Below, piece after piece: positions 49,801 to 59,105 of a DNA stretch of 64,000 nucleotides. A model generated the notes under the pieces. It searched no databases and was not told the origin of the DNA. It was given only the letters and a program-made list of their open reading frames with translations. Source of the DNA: an uncultured Gemmatimonadales bacterium (lineage in GTDB: Bacteria > Gemmatimonadota > Gemmatimonadetes > Gemmatimonadales > GWC2-71-9). The translations under genes and the position numbers were made by a program. How positions within the stretch are numbered: the stretch's first letter is position 1; each line of letters opens with the position of its first letter. The stretch lies in contig CAVOGR010000002.1 in the NCBI GenBank assembly GCA_963695555.1, positions 288,001-352,000 of the forward strand, written 5' to 3'.

Positions 49801-49879
49801 TGACGCCAAAAAGCACGAGTGCCGCGCTCATCATCGTAGCCAGCACGGGGCGCTCGATCGACATATCGGACAGTTTCAT
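46802..49879 (-). CDS. RND efflux permease (AcrB/D/F family)
   Basis: IERPV, IGLVVDDAIVVLEN, KNSILLVE, RLRPILMT. Confidence 0.96.
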   Translation of the reverse strand: MKLSDMSIERPVLATMMSAALVLFGVIGYTRLQVREFPDIDPPIISVSTFLPGANPRVVESAVTDILEEELSTVEGLRTLTSSSAEQSSNITLEFNLGRDIESAAQDVRDKVSRVRGRLPREVGEPVVAKQDADAQPFYWIALSGANYTRMQLSDIADRIVKTRLQTITGVGRVFIAGQRQYSMRIWLSPKELAARGLTVQDVENAIRTRNVEIPAGRIESETREFTVRSLGELKTPEQFGNITVANQGGQLVKLIDLAKVELAAREERSTLRYKGVSAIGIGVVRQSKANLLDVAENIRAGLPAVQAALPPGVEIEAAFDSSIYVKRSIRETLLTLGLAAFLVVVIIFLALRNVRATLIPGLAIPVSIIAAFAVMFFLGFSINTFTLLALILAIGLVVDDAIVVLENAYRHQEELVEDPAIAARDGTREIAFAVIATTVALVAVFSPLAFLQGTTGRLFNEFGVALAGAVIVSSFVALSLTPMLCAKILRVPKSHGPVFQAFERGFVGLAAGYTKALTWAVRHRGVVLGGAVGALVVAVVTFRALEREFVPDEDRGWFLSVIQAPEGSTVEFTDQYQQQVEAILARTADIESYFSIVGGFVPVNQGIVFAQLTDWSERSRSTQDVIGELFPQYFGIPGVQAFAFAPSPIGGFGKPVQFVVQHPNFDSLLAGMDGFQARAAQIPGLINLDIDLKVNKPELTVSYQRDRAEDLGVSVESIGATLETMLGGRRVSTFTRDNKLYDVVVQMRPEERATPSDMSGLYVRGREGGLINLDQVATVTENIGPSALLHYNRVRSYTLDASLAPGLVLGSAIDSLRAAAAEVLPPGSSTALAGESRELEDSGTALYFAFVLALIVVYMVLAAQFESLVHPFTVLLAVPLAVSGALVTLFIMQSTLNLYSQIGMILLIGLASKNSILLVEYANQLKAKGLDTIDAVLEAGRIRLRPILMTATSTVAGAMPIALGLSAGSESRIPLGLVIVGGIMVSTVLTLFLVPVVYVLLDALQIRLAVGGWRGRIPRATVEA

Positions 49880-50328
49880 GCGTCCTCGACTTGATTGGAC
49901 CGCGCAGGCCGCCGCTTCAGAGCTAGGATTGACGTCCCCCTACGAGCACCCGACCCCATTGGTTACTGCCCGGACGGCAGGGATGGGCAGACCATGGGGC
50001 TTCGGGGGTCGTCCTCGCGCGGCTATCGGGGCGGGGGATTGCTGGAGAAGAACGCGGCCTGCTCAATCCTCGTCAAGAAAATGCTGGAGAGTCGTCGGGT
50101 TAGGATGACTCGCTGCCCAGCCGGGCGTCCACGAGCGGTCCGGCAAACAGGAGGATCATCGCGTTCACGAGGACCCCGATCAAACCAGTCACGAATGCCA
50201 GCGCAGCGAGCATCAGGCCGGCGCCAATTGTGGCCAGGACCATCACGAGGACGTCGAACATCGTGCCGCTCCCGAAGTCAGGCTCTGAAGGACACGTAGG
50301 TTACATCCCTGGTCGGCATCCCCGCAAC

Positions 50329-51795
50329 TCAGCCGTCCACGCCTCGGGATGACCCCGGACCCCGTGCGGCAAGCGCCTGCCGCGCAGCCGCCGCCACCTC
50401 CCTCTCCGCCTGCCGGCCGACGCTCTCGAGGGCACCCCGGGCGGCATCTGATCCACAGTCGGCGAGGACACTGACCGCCTCCAATCGCTGGGCCCGGCTG
50501 TACCCCCGTTTCAGAATTCCCTTCTTCTCGAGCGCGACCGTGGCAAGGGCGGTTACGGCCTCCCGTGTTCCGAGCCGGCCGAGGGCACGGGCCATCATTA
50601 CCCAGGCAGTCTCATCCCGCTCTCCTTCGAGCGCCACCATGAGGGGCATCCCAAGGCCGGGCCGCTCGGAGGCCGCGATCGCGAGCGCCGCGTGCCCCCG
50701 GGTGTCAGGTGATGCATGCTGCAGCCCTTGCCGGAGCGCCTCCACTGCCCGGGCGTCCGCAAACGCCGCCAGCGCGTGGAGCCCCGCAGCTCGGATGTCC
50801 GGACTTGGATCGTCGAGCAGGGCGAGCAAGGAGGGGAGAGCCTCGGAGTCCGCCAGGCGCGCCAGCAGTTCGGCGCCGACCTGGACGACGGAAGCTTTCT
50901 CATGATGTAGCAGAGGAAGTACCTGCCTGAGCGCTCCCGGGGTTTCGACGATGGCGTCGTGGAGAAAGGCCCTTGCTTCGACCGATTCGGTCTGCTGAAT
51001 GGACTCGATCATCGCTTCGAGGGCATCACGGCCACCCCATGGCAGGATGTCTGCAACGCGTTGTTGCTCCTCGGGAGCCCGGATCGCAAAGGATATAAAG
51101 GAATCGAGTGTCGGCTTGGGGAGGAGGCGCTTCACCTGGATGGCGAAACTGCGCGACTCGGGTTCCGGAATACGCGGCGCCATCTGGATTAGGGCCTGGG
51201 CAGCATGAATCGCCTCCATCCACGACGATTGCGCGCAGGCCTCCGTCAGGGCAGCCGTCACTTCCGCCATCTTGGCGGAGAGGCCTTCCGCTAACCGAGG
51301 GCGGCGCGGCTGGTCGTCCTCCACCAGTGGCAGGAACTGAAAGCCGGGGTCCTCGACGAGCGGTGGCTCCGGCGCCGTGGCGACCGCCTTCGGAGTGATC
51401 GCCTCCGCGGCACCAGGGCGGATGGAGTGCACCAGCTCAACCTGGACGGCCTCGGTGCTGGGAATCGGGCCGTCTTCTTGGGCAAGGGCCTGGGCCAGCG
51501 CGAGCAGCTCCTCCGCCGGCGCCCCAGGAGCCACCCGAATCACGTCGACCTGTCGGGCATGCATCCGCCCCCTGAGGCTCGTGTCATTGAGCATGCCGGT
51601 GAGTTGGATCCCGGCCTCTTCCACTACCGGCTCGCGCGCAACGAGAGCAGTGACTTCGGTCACGAGCTTCCGAACGGATGCTTGGTCCCCGCGCGTGGCG
51701 CGCAGCTGTTGCACCAGGCGTCCGAGGGCGTCGCTGAATGGGGTGTCACCCGCCACGACCGACTCCTTCCGGTTCGATTCCCCGAACGTTGTCAT
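50329..51795 (-). CDS. HEAT/PBS-lyase repeat protein
   Basis: Repeated LLDDPSPDIR..G..AL and LQHASPDTR..AA.AI helical units. Confidence 0.8.
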   Translation of the reverse strand: MTTFGESNRKESVVAGDTPFSDALGRLVQQLRATRGDQASVRKLVTEVTALVAREPVVEEAGIQLTGMLNDTSLRGRMHARQVDVIRVAPGAPAEELLALAQALAQEDGPIPSTEAVQVELVHSIRPGAAEAITPKAVATAPEPPLVEDPGFQFLPLVEDDQPRRPRLAEGLSAKMAEVTAALTEACAQSSWMEAIHAAQALIQMAPRIPEPESRSFAIQVKRLLPKPTLDSFISFAIRAPEEQQRVADILPWGGRDALEAMIESIQQTESVEARAFLHDAIVETPGALRQVLPLLHHEKASVVQVGAELLARLADSEALPSLLALLDDPSPDIRAAGLHALAAFADARAVEALRQGLQHASPDTRGHAALAIAASERPGLGMPLMVALEGERDETAWVMMARALGRLGTREAVTALATVALEKKGILKRGYSRAQRLEAVSVLADCGSDAARGALESVGRQAEREVAAAARQALAARGPGSSRGVDG

Positions 51796-51869
51796 CCGGC
51801 ACGACGAATGGGAAGTAGTCTGGCTCTCGAAACGATGCGGACCAGTGCCTGGAATGGCTCCCAGACACG

Positions 51870-51901
51870 CGCGCCCCCGCGAGCAATCTCGCGGGGGCGC
51901 G
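51870..51901. terminator. 14-bp GC hairpin after the Hsp20 gene
   Basis: CGCGCCCCCGCGAG-CAAT-CTCGCGGGGGCGCG. Confidence 0.7.
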
Positions 51902-51922
51902 TGGAGCTACTCGTCGGCGAGG

Positions 51923-52369
51923 TTAGGAAACCCTGACCGGGATCTCGCGCGGCCGGGCCCGCTCGGCCTTGGGCAACGTCACCGTCAGCAGGCCGGCATC
52001 GTACTTGGCTTCGATCTGATCGGGATCGACGGTGCTCGGCAACGAGAACACTCGCTCGAACGAGCCGTACGAGCGCTCATACCGATGCACTCGCTCCGTC
52101 TTCTCGTCGGCCACCTGCCGCTTCTCGCCCCGGATGGTAAGCGTGTTGTTCTCCAGGGACAGCTTCACATCCTCCGGCCGAACGCCGGGAATCTCCGCGA
52201 TGATCTTGATCGTGTCCGAATGCTCGAACACGTCGCACGGCGGGACCCACTGAGACGTAATGGTCCCCTCTCCGCCTTCGCTCTGCCAGGTTCCGTAGGC
52301 GTCATCGAACATCCGATTGATCCGATTGAGCAGAATCGCCTCCGGTCGCCTCCTAATGGTGAGTGCCAT
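51923..52369 (-). CDS. Hsp20/alpha-crystallin small heat-shock protein
   Basis: EIPGV..EDV, LTIRGEK, ERSYGSFERVFSLP, A.Y..GLLTVTLPK. Confidence 0.96.
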   Translation of the reverse strand: MALTIRRRPEAILLNRINRMFDDAYGTWQSEGGEGTITSQWVPPCDVFEHSDTIKIIAEIPGVRPEDVKLSLENNTLTIRGEKRQVADEKTERVHRYERSYGSFERVFSLPSTVDPDQIEAKYDAGLLTVTLPKAERARPREIPVRVS

Positions 52370-52458
52370 GGTACATCCTCCAGGTGCGTGTCTAACATGA
52401 TCTGTTTCGTCCCCGGTACGCCGAGTCAGCCGTCGATGGCAGGACCGACCACTCTCTT

Positions 52459-52474
52459 TGCAGCAGCTATGCCA
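52459..52474 (-). promoter_or_regulatory. Sigma54-like promoter of hsp20
   Basis: Minus strand TGGCATAGCTGCTGCA, GG-N10-GC spacing, ~90 bp upstream of ATG. Confidence 0.6.
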
Positions 52475-52620
52475 GGGCTAACTGGCAAAAATCGGCCACA
52501 ATGGCAGCTTTTTGAGATTTATAGTTAGTCGCTGGCAGTCCGATGAACTGCCAGTTTGTGCCACCGGGAGCGAAAGAGGGGTGGAGGCCGCCTCTTGGTG
52601 GGGGGGGCCGGCGTGGGGCC

Positions 52621-54057
52621 TCAGGCAACCCCGTCCGATACCACGGGCAGTCCTGCCTCGACCCAGGCCACGATTCCCCCCGTCAGGTTTGAGACGTCTC
52701 GCCGGCCAGCCGCGCGCAATAGGCTCGCAGCAATCGTGGAGCGTCCGCCGGTCCGGCATTGCAGGACCAGCGGCCGGTCGGACGGGAGTTCCTGGAGCCG
52801 ATCTCGGAGATAGCCGAGGTGGATATGGGTCACGCCCGGCAGATGGCCGGCCTTCCATTCCGCGGCGGCGCGGACGTCGATCACGGCCACGTCCCCGGTT
52901 TCCATGCGACGGGCAAGCTCCCGGCTGTCGATCTGGTCGATCCGGTCTAGTTCGACGCCGTTCGCTTCGGCGCTGATGATGGCTGAGGCCCCGGCGTATC
53001 CAGCGATGTTCTCGAGTCCGATCAAGGCCAGATCGCGCACAGCGTCATCGAGGGCGTGCTCGTGCGTGTCGGGAACGATCAGGTAGAACTCGCGGTCATA
53101 GGGGACCAGCCACCCGGCCCAGGTTGGAAAGGAACGGCCGAACGGGATGTTGATGGTGCCGCGATGGTGGCCCTCGCTGAATTCCTGTTTCGAGCGGGCG
53201 TCGATGACCACTGCCCCGTCACGGATGAGGTCGACAATCCGGGCGTCGTCGAGTCGTGGCGGGCGCTTGAAGCCGTTGAGGATCGCCGGCCCCTTCCGGT
53301 TCACTCGCTTCATTTGCCCGAAATACTTGGGAGGCTCTGGCTGGTCGGCCAGCACCAAGGCCAGAAAATCGTCTTCTTCGGTCGCAGCGAAGGCCCAATT
53401 AAACAGGCGTTCATAGCCGACCGTCGACTGTGGCACCGCGCTCATCCCCTTGCCGCAGGCCGACCCGGCTCCGTGTGCCGGCCACACTTGAAGATGGTCT
53501 GGGAGGTCCTTGAACGCGCGCAGGCTTCGGAAGAGCGCCCTGGCCGCTCCCTCGCTGGCACCCGTCACATGCGCAGCCTTTTCCAACAGGTCCGGTCGTC
53601 CCACGTCTCCCACGAACACGAAATCGCCGGTGAGGACGCCCATGGGGCCCGATGCTCCAGCCGTATCCGTGACCACGAAACAGATGTGCTCCGGAGTATG
53701 TCCCGGCGTGTGAATCACATCGAACCCGATGTTGCCGACCATGAAGTGGTCGTCGTGGCGGAGCAGCGTCGCGCCTGCGCCCGCGGCAAAGGCGTACTGC
53801 CAGTCCTCACCGCCCTCTGCCGACAGCAGGAGCTGGGCGCCGACTCGGTGGGCGAGTTCCCGGGCGCCTGAGACAAAGTCGGCGTGGATGTGGGTCTCGG
53901 TCACGGCGCTCACGCGAAGGTCCTCCGCTTCCGCGGCTCGCAGGTACTGATCGATATCCCGGTTCGGGTCGACGACGAGTGCCTCCCCCGTCGCGGCACA
54001 GCCGATGAGGTAGCTAGCCTGAGCCAACTTGTCGTCGTAGATGCGCTGGAAGATCAT
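52621..54057 (-). CDS. MBL-fold persulfide dioxygenase-like protein fused to two rhodanese domains (CstB-like)
   Basis: ETHIHADFVSG, HTPGHTPEH, GDVGRPDL, HGAGSACG; C-terminal rhodanese QCRTGGRS. Confidence 0.9.
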   Translation of the reverse strand: MIFQRIYDDKLAQASYLIGCAATGEALVVDPNRDIDQYLRAAEAEDLRVSAVTETHIHADFVSGARELAHRVGAQLLLSAEGGEDWQYAFAAGAGATLLRHDDHFMVGNIGFDVIHTPGHTPEHICFVVTDTAGASGPMGVLTGDFVFVGDVGRPDLLEKAAHVTGASEGAARALFRSLRAFKDLPDHLQVWPAHGAGSACGKGMSAVPQSTVGYERLFNWAFAATEEDDFLALVLADQPEPPKYFGQMKRVNRKGPAILNGFKRPPRLDDARIVDLIRDGAVVIDARSKQEFSEGHHRGTINIPFGRSFPTWAGWLVPYDREFYLIVPDTHEHALDDAVRDLALIGLENIAGYAGASAIISAEANGVELDRIDQIDSRELARRMETGDVAVIDVRAAAEWKAGHLPGVTHIHLGYLRDRLQELPSDRPLVLQCRTGGRSTIAASLLRAAGRRDVSNLTGGIVAWVEAGLPVVSDGVA

Positions 54058-54065
54058 GATTGAAC

Positions 54066-54100
54066 AGTGAGTAGTGAGTAGTGGGTAGTATGTAGTACGC
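54066..54100. repeat. Degenerate heptamer tandem repeat x5
   Basis: AGTGAGT AGTGAGT AGTGGGT AGTATGT AGTACGC. Confidence 0.8.
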
Positions 54101-54194
54101 AGCGCACCAGGCAGCAGCAAGGCGGATTTCGACCGAGCCCAAAGGTACATCTCCGGCCGACATCCACCATTCACTCCCGGGGACAATTTCGTTA

Positions 54195-54211
54195 TATTGC
54201 TATATGGTTGT
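54195..54211. promoter_or_regulatory. Putative ArsR operator copy 1, overlapping the ArsR start codon
   Basis: Reverse complement ACAACCATATAGCAATA matches 60532-60548 at 13/17. Confidence 0.6.
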
Positions 54212-54563
54212 AAAGCGAAAGAGCCGTCAATCGGGCGTCCAGCTCACCGAGGACACCGCCGACCTGGTAGCCGAGCGGTTCAGCGCGCTCGGCGAGCCCA
54301 TGCGGCTGCGTCTCCTGAATGCCTTGCGGCCCGGGGCTCGGTCGGTGGGCGACCTCGTGACCCTCATCGGCACGAGTCAAGCCAACGTCTCAAAGCACCT
54401 ACAGGTGCTTTACAAGCAGGGATTCGTGGACCGGCGAAAGGATGGGACGACCATCTTTTACCGGATTGCCGACCCCATGGTTTTCGAGATGTGCAACCTG
54501 GTGTGTGATGGGATCCAACAGGATCTCGACCAGCGGCGCGCCCGACTACGGCCGAACGACTAA
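54204..54563 (+). CDS. ArsR/SmtB-family repressor
   Basis: FSALGEPMRLRLL, SQANVSKHL, C-terminal MCNLVC. Confidence 0.93.
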   Translation: MVVKRKSRQSGVQLTEDTADLVAERFSALGEPMRLRLLNALRPGARSVGDLVTLIGTSQANVSKHLQVLYKQGFVDRRKDGTTIFYRIADPMVFEMCNLVCDGIQQDLDQRRARLRPND

Positions 54564-54595
54564 CCGTCGGCGTTCGGGCCGCACCCCGCTGCCCC

Positions 54596-54890
54596 CTAGA
54601 AGAACTCGTCGACTCCGAGCGTCGAGACGTGGAGGCGCCCACCCTCCGGCATATGCCCGGCCTGCGATTTGAGCGCTACCATCACGGGTTCCTGCCGCTC
54701 TGGTGACACGACCGAGAAGAAGAGCGTGGTGTTCCCGGGGAACGCACGCGTTCCTTGGCGTGGACCGCTCGTTCCGTCTCCACACGCTTCGTTCACGCAG
54801 GTGTAGCCAGACACGCCTTCTTGCTTGAGCACGTCGAGTCACGATTTCCGGATGGGTGCCGGAGTAGGTAATCAAGAACAAGCGGTGCAT
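54596..54890 (-). CDS. P-II-like transporter-associated small protein, one frameshift near 54838
   Basis: [17 protein letters not shown] joins LDVLKQEGVSGYT...G.G.SGPRQGTRAFPG if one base is removed. Confidence 0.65.
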
Positions 54891-57800
54891 CAGGACGTAC
54901 CTCCTTCTCTACGGCGAAGCTCCCAGTACAACAGCGGCACGACCACCATCGTGAGCAAGGTTGCGACGATGGCGCCGCTGATCAGCGCTACGGCCAGTCC
55001 CTGAAAGATCGGATCGACCACCATGACCAGGCCACCGATCACCACCGCCGCGGCCGTCAAGGCGATCGGCCGGAACCGTACGGCACCGGCCTCCACCACG
55101 GCCTCGGCCAGGGGGCGGCCACGCTCTTCGGCCAGTTGGATGAAATCGACCAGCAGGATCGAGTTTCGAACGATGATGCCGGCGAGCGCGATCATCCCGA
55201 TCATCGAGGTGGCGGTAAAGAACGCCCCGGTCACCGCATGTCCTGGCAGGATCCCCACCAGGGTCAGCGGAATGGGGCCATGATGACCAACGGAATCTTG
55301 AACGACTGGAACCACCCAACCACCAGCACGTAGATCAGGATCAAGACCGCCGCGAAGGCGATCCCAAGATCGCGAAAGACTTCGATGGTGATGTGCCACT
55401 CGCCGTCCCACTTCATCGCCGTCTCATCCAGCTGCTCGGGGAGAATGGCGTTATAGCGCCGGATTTCGGCCCCGGCCACCCGCACCGTATCCAGGGCCCG
55501 GTTCATGTTCAGGATCGCGTAGACCGGTGACTCGACGGTGCCGGCTACATCGCCGGTTACGTAAATCACCGGACGCAGGTTCTTCCGAAAACGTGACGGT
55601 TCGCGCACGGTGGAATCGACGGTGACGAATCGCGCCAGCGGTTGCGGGCCGGAGGCGGTGGCCACCGGGGTGGCCAGCAAGGCCTGCACCGAGGATCGCT
55701 GGGGAAGCGGGAACCTTGCCACGATGGGCACAGGCTCACGAGCCGGCGATTCTCGCACGAGGCCCGCGACCGACCCCGAGAGTGCCAGGGTGAGCGTGTG
55801 GGTCAGTTGCTCCACGCTGGCACCGGCCTGCGCTGCGCGGACCCGGTCCACCGTGAACATCCACCCTGCCTGCGGCGCCTCGAGCGACCAATCGACATCG
55901 ACTACACCGGCGGCGTGCTCGAAGACGTCCTTGACGCGCCGGGCGGCCTCGACGCGGGTGGAGTCATCCGCGGCATAGATCTCAGCAACCAACGTTGAAA
56001 GCACCGGCGGGCCGGGGGGAATCTCCGCAATCTTGGCACTCGCTTGGTAGCGCCGTGCGATGGAGTCGATCCCCGGGCGCACGGCGACCGCAATCTCATG
56101 GCTCTGTCGTTTGCGATCGTTTTTGGGACGCAAGTTCACCTGGAGATCCACGCCGTTCGCACTTTGGCGGAGGAAATAGTGGCGCACCAAGCCGTTGAAG
56201 TTGAAGGGCGCCGCGGTGCCGGCGTACACCTGGGTGTTTTCAACTTCCGGTGTCTCTCCGACGTAGGCCGCCACTTCAGTGCCGAGCGCATTAGCCGTTT
56301 CGAGTGTGGCGCCCTCCGGAAGGTCCAACACCACCTGGAACTCACTCTTGTTATCGAACGGCAGCATCTTGACCTCGACCACCTTGATCGCGAGGAGCCC
56401 CATGCTGAGCACCAGGAGTGTGGCCACGGCGCCGTAGAACAAGTGGCGGCGGCGTGGATCCTCCATGAGCGGTTGCATGATCCGGGCATACCGTTGGCCG
56501 AATTGCGACCGTTCTTCGGGCTCGTGGGCCACATCCGTCTTGGGGTGGGTCACCGGTACGTGGCCGCGCAGGAGGCGCAGCGCCAGATAGGGGGTGATCA
56601 TGAACGCCACGGCGAGCGAGGCCAGCATCGCCGCCGAGGCGCCAATCGGGATGGGACGCATGTACGGCCCCATCAAGCCCGAGACGAAGGCCATCGGGAG
56701 AATCGCGGCGATCACGGTGAAGGTCGCGAGGATGGTCGGATTCCCGACCTCATCGACGCCTTCGACGGCGGCCACCTCCGGGCGTGCGTCCGCCCATCTG
56801 GAGGTGGCGGTAGATGTTCTCGACGACCACGATCGCGTCGTCGACCAGGATGCCGATCGAGAAGATCAGAGCGAACAGCGTGATCCGGTTGAGGGTGTAG
56901 CCCAGGGCGTAGTAGACGAAGAGGGTCAGGGCCAGCGTCACCGGAACCGCCACGAGCACGATGATCGCTTCCCGCCAACCCAGAAAGATGCCGATGAGCA
57001 CGGTGACCGACAGCGTCGCGATCAACAGGTGGAGGATGAGCTCATTGGCCTTCTCGCTCGCCGTTTCCCCGTAGTCGCGGGTCACCTCGAGTCCGACGTC
57101 GGCGGGAATCAACCGAGACCTGGCTGCCTCGACGCGCTCGAGGACTGCATGTGCGATGGCCGTGGCATTGGCGCCCGGTCGCTTGGCGATCGCAAGCGTC
57201 ACGGCATGTTCCACGACACCGTCACGTCCCCGATGAGACACGTAGTGCTCGACTTCGCCGAAGGTGTCGTCGAGTGTGGCCACGTTTCCCAGATAGACCG
57301 GCCCGGCTCCCCGGCTGCTCACCACGACCCGCGCGAGATCCTGGACGCTCCGAATCGGGGCGCCGATTTGCACCCGGAACACGGAATTGCCCGAGGCGAA
57401 CTCGCCGGCCGTCAGGCGCGCGTTGGTGCCGCGAAGCGCCGCTGCCACTTCGCCCGGTGTGATCCCGTTCGATGCCAGACGTGCCGGGTCGAGAATCACG
57501 CGCACGGTGCGCGGTCTGCCGCCAACCACGAAAGTCTCCGCCACGTCCGGCAGGGTCCGGACCTCGTCATCGAGATGGGTGGCAATGAGCCTGAGCTCGT
57601 CGGAGCCGTAGCGTGTCGAGTGGAGGGTCAGCGTGAGGATCGGGACGTCATCGATGCTGTGCGGCTTGACCAGGGGCGGAAGCGCTCCGGGCGGAATCTC
57701 GTCCATGGCCGCGGCGAGCTTTGCGTGGACCTTGCTCACGCTCCGATCCTGATCCTCACCGACCGTGAAGCGCACGGTCACCAGCGTCATGCCATCTCCG

Positions 57801-58060
57801 GCCATTGCGTAGACGTACTCGACGCCGGGAATTTCCCACATCAGCTTTTCGATTGGGCGAGTGAGCAAGTTCTCCACTTCCGATGGACTCGCTCCCGGGA
57901 AGACCGCCATGACGTCGATCATGGGGACCGAGATTTGCGGCTCTTCCTCGCGCGGCGTGCCGAGCAGCGCGAGGGCGCCCACCGCCAAGGACGCCAGCGT
58001 AACCAGTGGAGTCAGCTTCGAACGAAGGAAGGCCTGAGCAATCCTACCCGCGATGCCCAT
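54890..58060 (-). CDS. RND efflux permease, split by two frameshifts (near 56780 and 55275)
   Basis: Track ORFs 56750-58060, 55264-56775 and 54890-55411 join into one ~1050-aa [34 protein letters not shown]. Confidence 0.9.
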
Positions 58061-58063
58061 CGT

Positions 58064-59101
58064 TCAGTCCGCCTCTTCGGTTGGAGTCGGGAGCATGATG
58101 TGCTCTCCCGGCTCGAGGCCGGATAGGACCTCGACCCAATCACCGAATAATTCCCCCACCCGGATCCACCGGAGCTCGGTCTCCTCGCCGCGACGAACCT
58201 GCACTCCGGTCAGGGCTCCTTCGCGAACCAGCGCCGCCCGAGGTACGGCCAGTGCGTGGCGCTCTCCCTGGACGAGGGCAAGCGTCGCGGCGCTCCCGCT
58301 CAAGTATTTTCGGTTCAGGTTGGTGACGAGTGCGTTGACGGTGTAGAGATTGGCACCGGGACCAGGGACCACCCCCTCGATCTTGAGGTCGACCTGCTCT
58401 TCTTCCAAGGTCCCTCGGATGGCGGCGCCACGGACGAGTCCGCGCACGGCATGCGGGGGTGCCATCACGCTCACGCGTAGCCGCGATGCATCCTCGAGCA
58501 CCACCAGCGGCGCGCCGGGAGCGGCAAACGCGCCGGGATCGACGAACCGTCTGGTCACGACCCCGCCGAATGGTGCGCGGATCTCTGCGTAGCGCTCCGC
58601 GGCAGCGACCTCGGCCGCAGCCGCCTGGGCGGCCGCCACCCCGGCCGCCGCGCGGCTGAGTTGGGTCTCGGCGGCGTCGAGCTGGGCCTTGGCTGCCGCG
58701 CTATCCGCAAAGAGCGCCCGGATCCGCGTCGCGTGCAGCTCCGCCTCGCTGCGGACGGCCTCGGCCTCCTGCAGACCCGCAGCCACTCTGGCTCGCTTGG
58801 CGTTCAGGTCCTGCGCGTCGATCGCGAGCAGCAACTGACCCGCGCGAACCACGTCACCCTCGTGCACCAAGACTCGGGTCACGGCCCCCATCAGTTTAGT
58901 GCTGAGCGTTGCCTGCTGGATTGGAGCTGCCGTGCCCGAGGCTTGGAACACGTCCTCGATCACCGTGTCTGACACCACGTACGTCGCACCGGTAATCGTG
59001 GCAGCCGCGGTGCTGCGCGTTTGGCTGTCATGCCCGCGCGAGCAGGCTCCGGCAGCGGTAAGGGTCGCTATGACCATGACGGAATTCGACCAGCGACTCA
59101 T
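58064..59101 (-). CDS. RND efflux periplasmic adaptor subunit
   Basis: Lipobox AGAC; V.EGDVV.AGQLL, IRAPFGG, EVLSGL.PG. Confidence 0.92.
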   Translation of the reverse strand: MSRWSNSVMVIATLTAAGACSRGHDSQTRSTAAATITGATYVVSDTVIEDVFQASGTAAPIQQATLSTKLMGAVTRVLVHEGDVVRAGQLLLAIDAQDLNAKRARVAAGLQEAEAVRSEAELHATRIRALFADSAAAKAQLDAAETQLSRAAAGVAAAQAAAAEVAAAERYAEIRAPFGGVVTRRFVDPGAFAAPGAPLVVLEDASRLRVSVMAPPHAVRGLVRGAAIRGTLEEEQVDLKIEGVVPGPGANLYTVNALVTNLNRKYLSGSAATLALVQGERHALAVPRAALVREGALTGVQVRRGEETELRWIRVGELFGDWVEVLSGLEPGEHIMLPTPTEEAD

Positions 59102-59105
59102 TGTG

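Noticed and set aside
49880..50328. 450-bp intergenic region with track ORF 49895-50299
   Set aside because: No recognisable protein motif, RNA structure or repeat that I can support.
55264..56790. Programmed ribosomal frameshifting in the split RND gene
   Set aside because: No slippery heptamer or stimulatory structure at the junctions; similar indels affect neighbouring genes.
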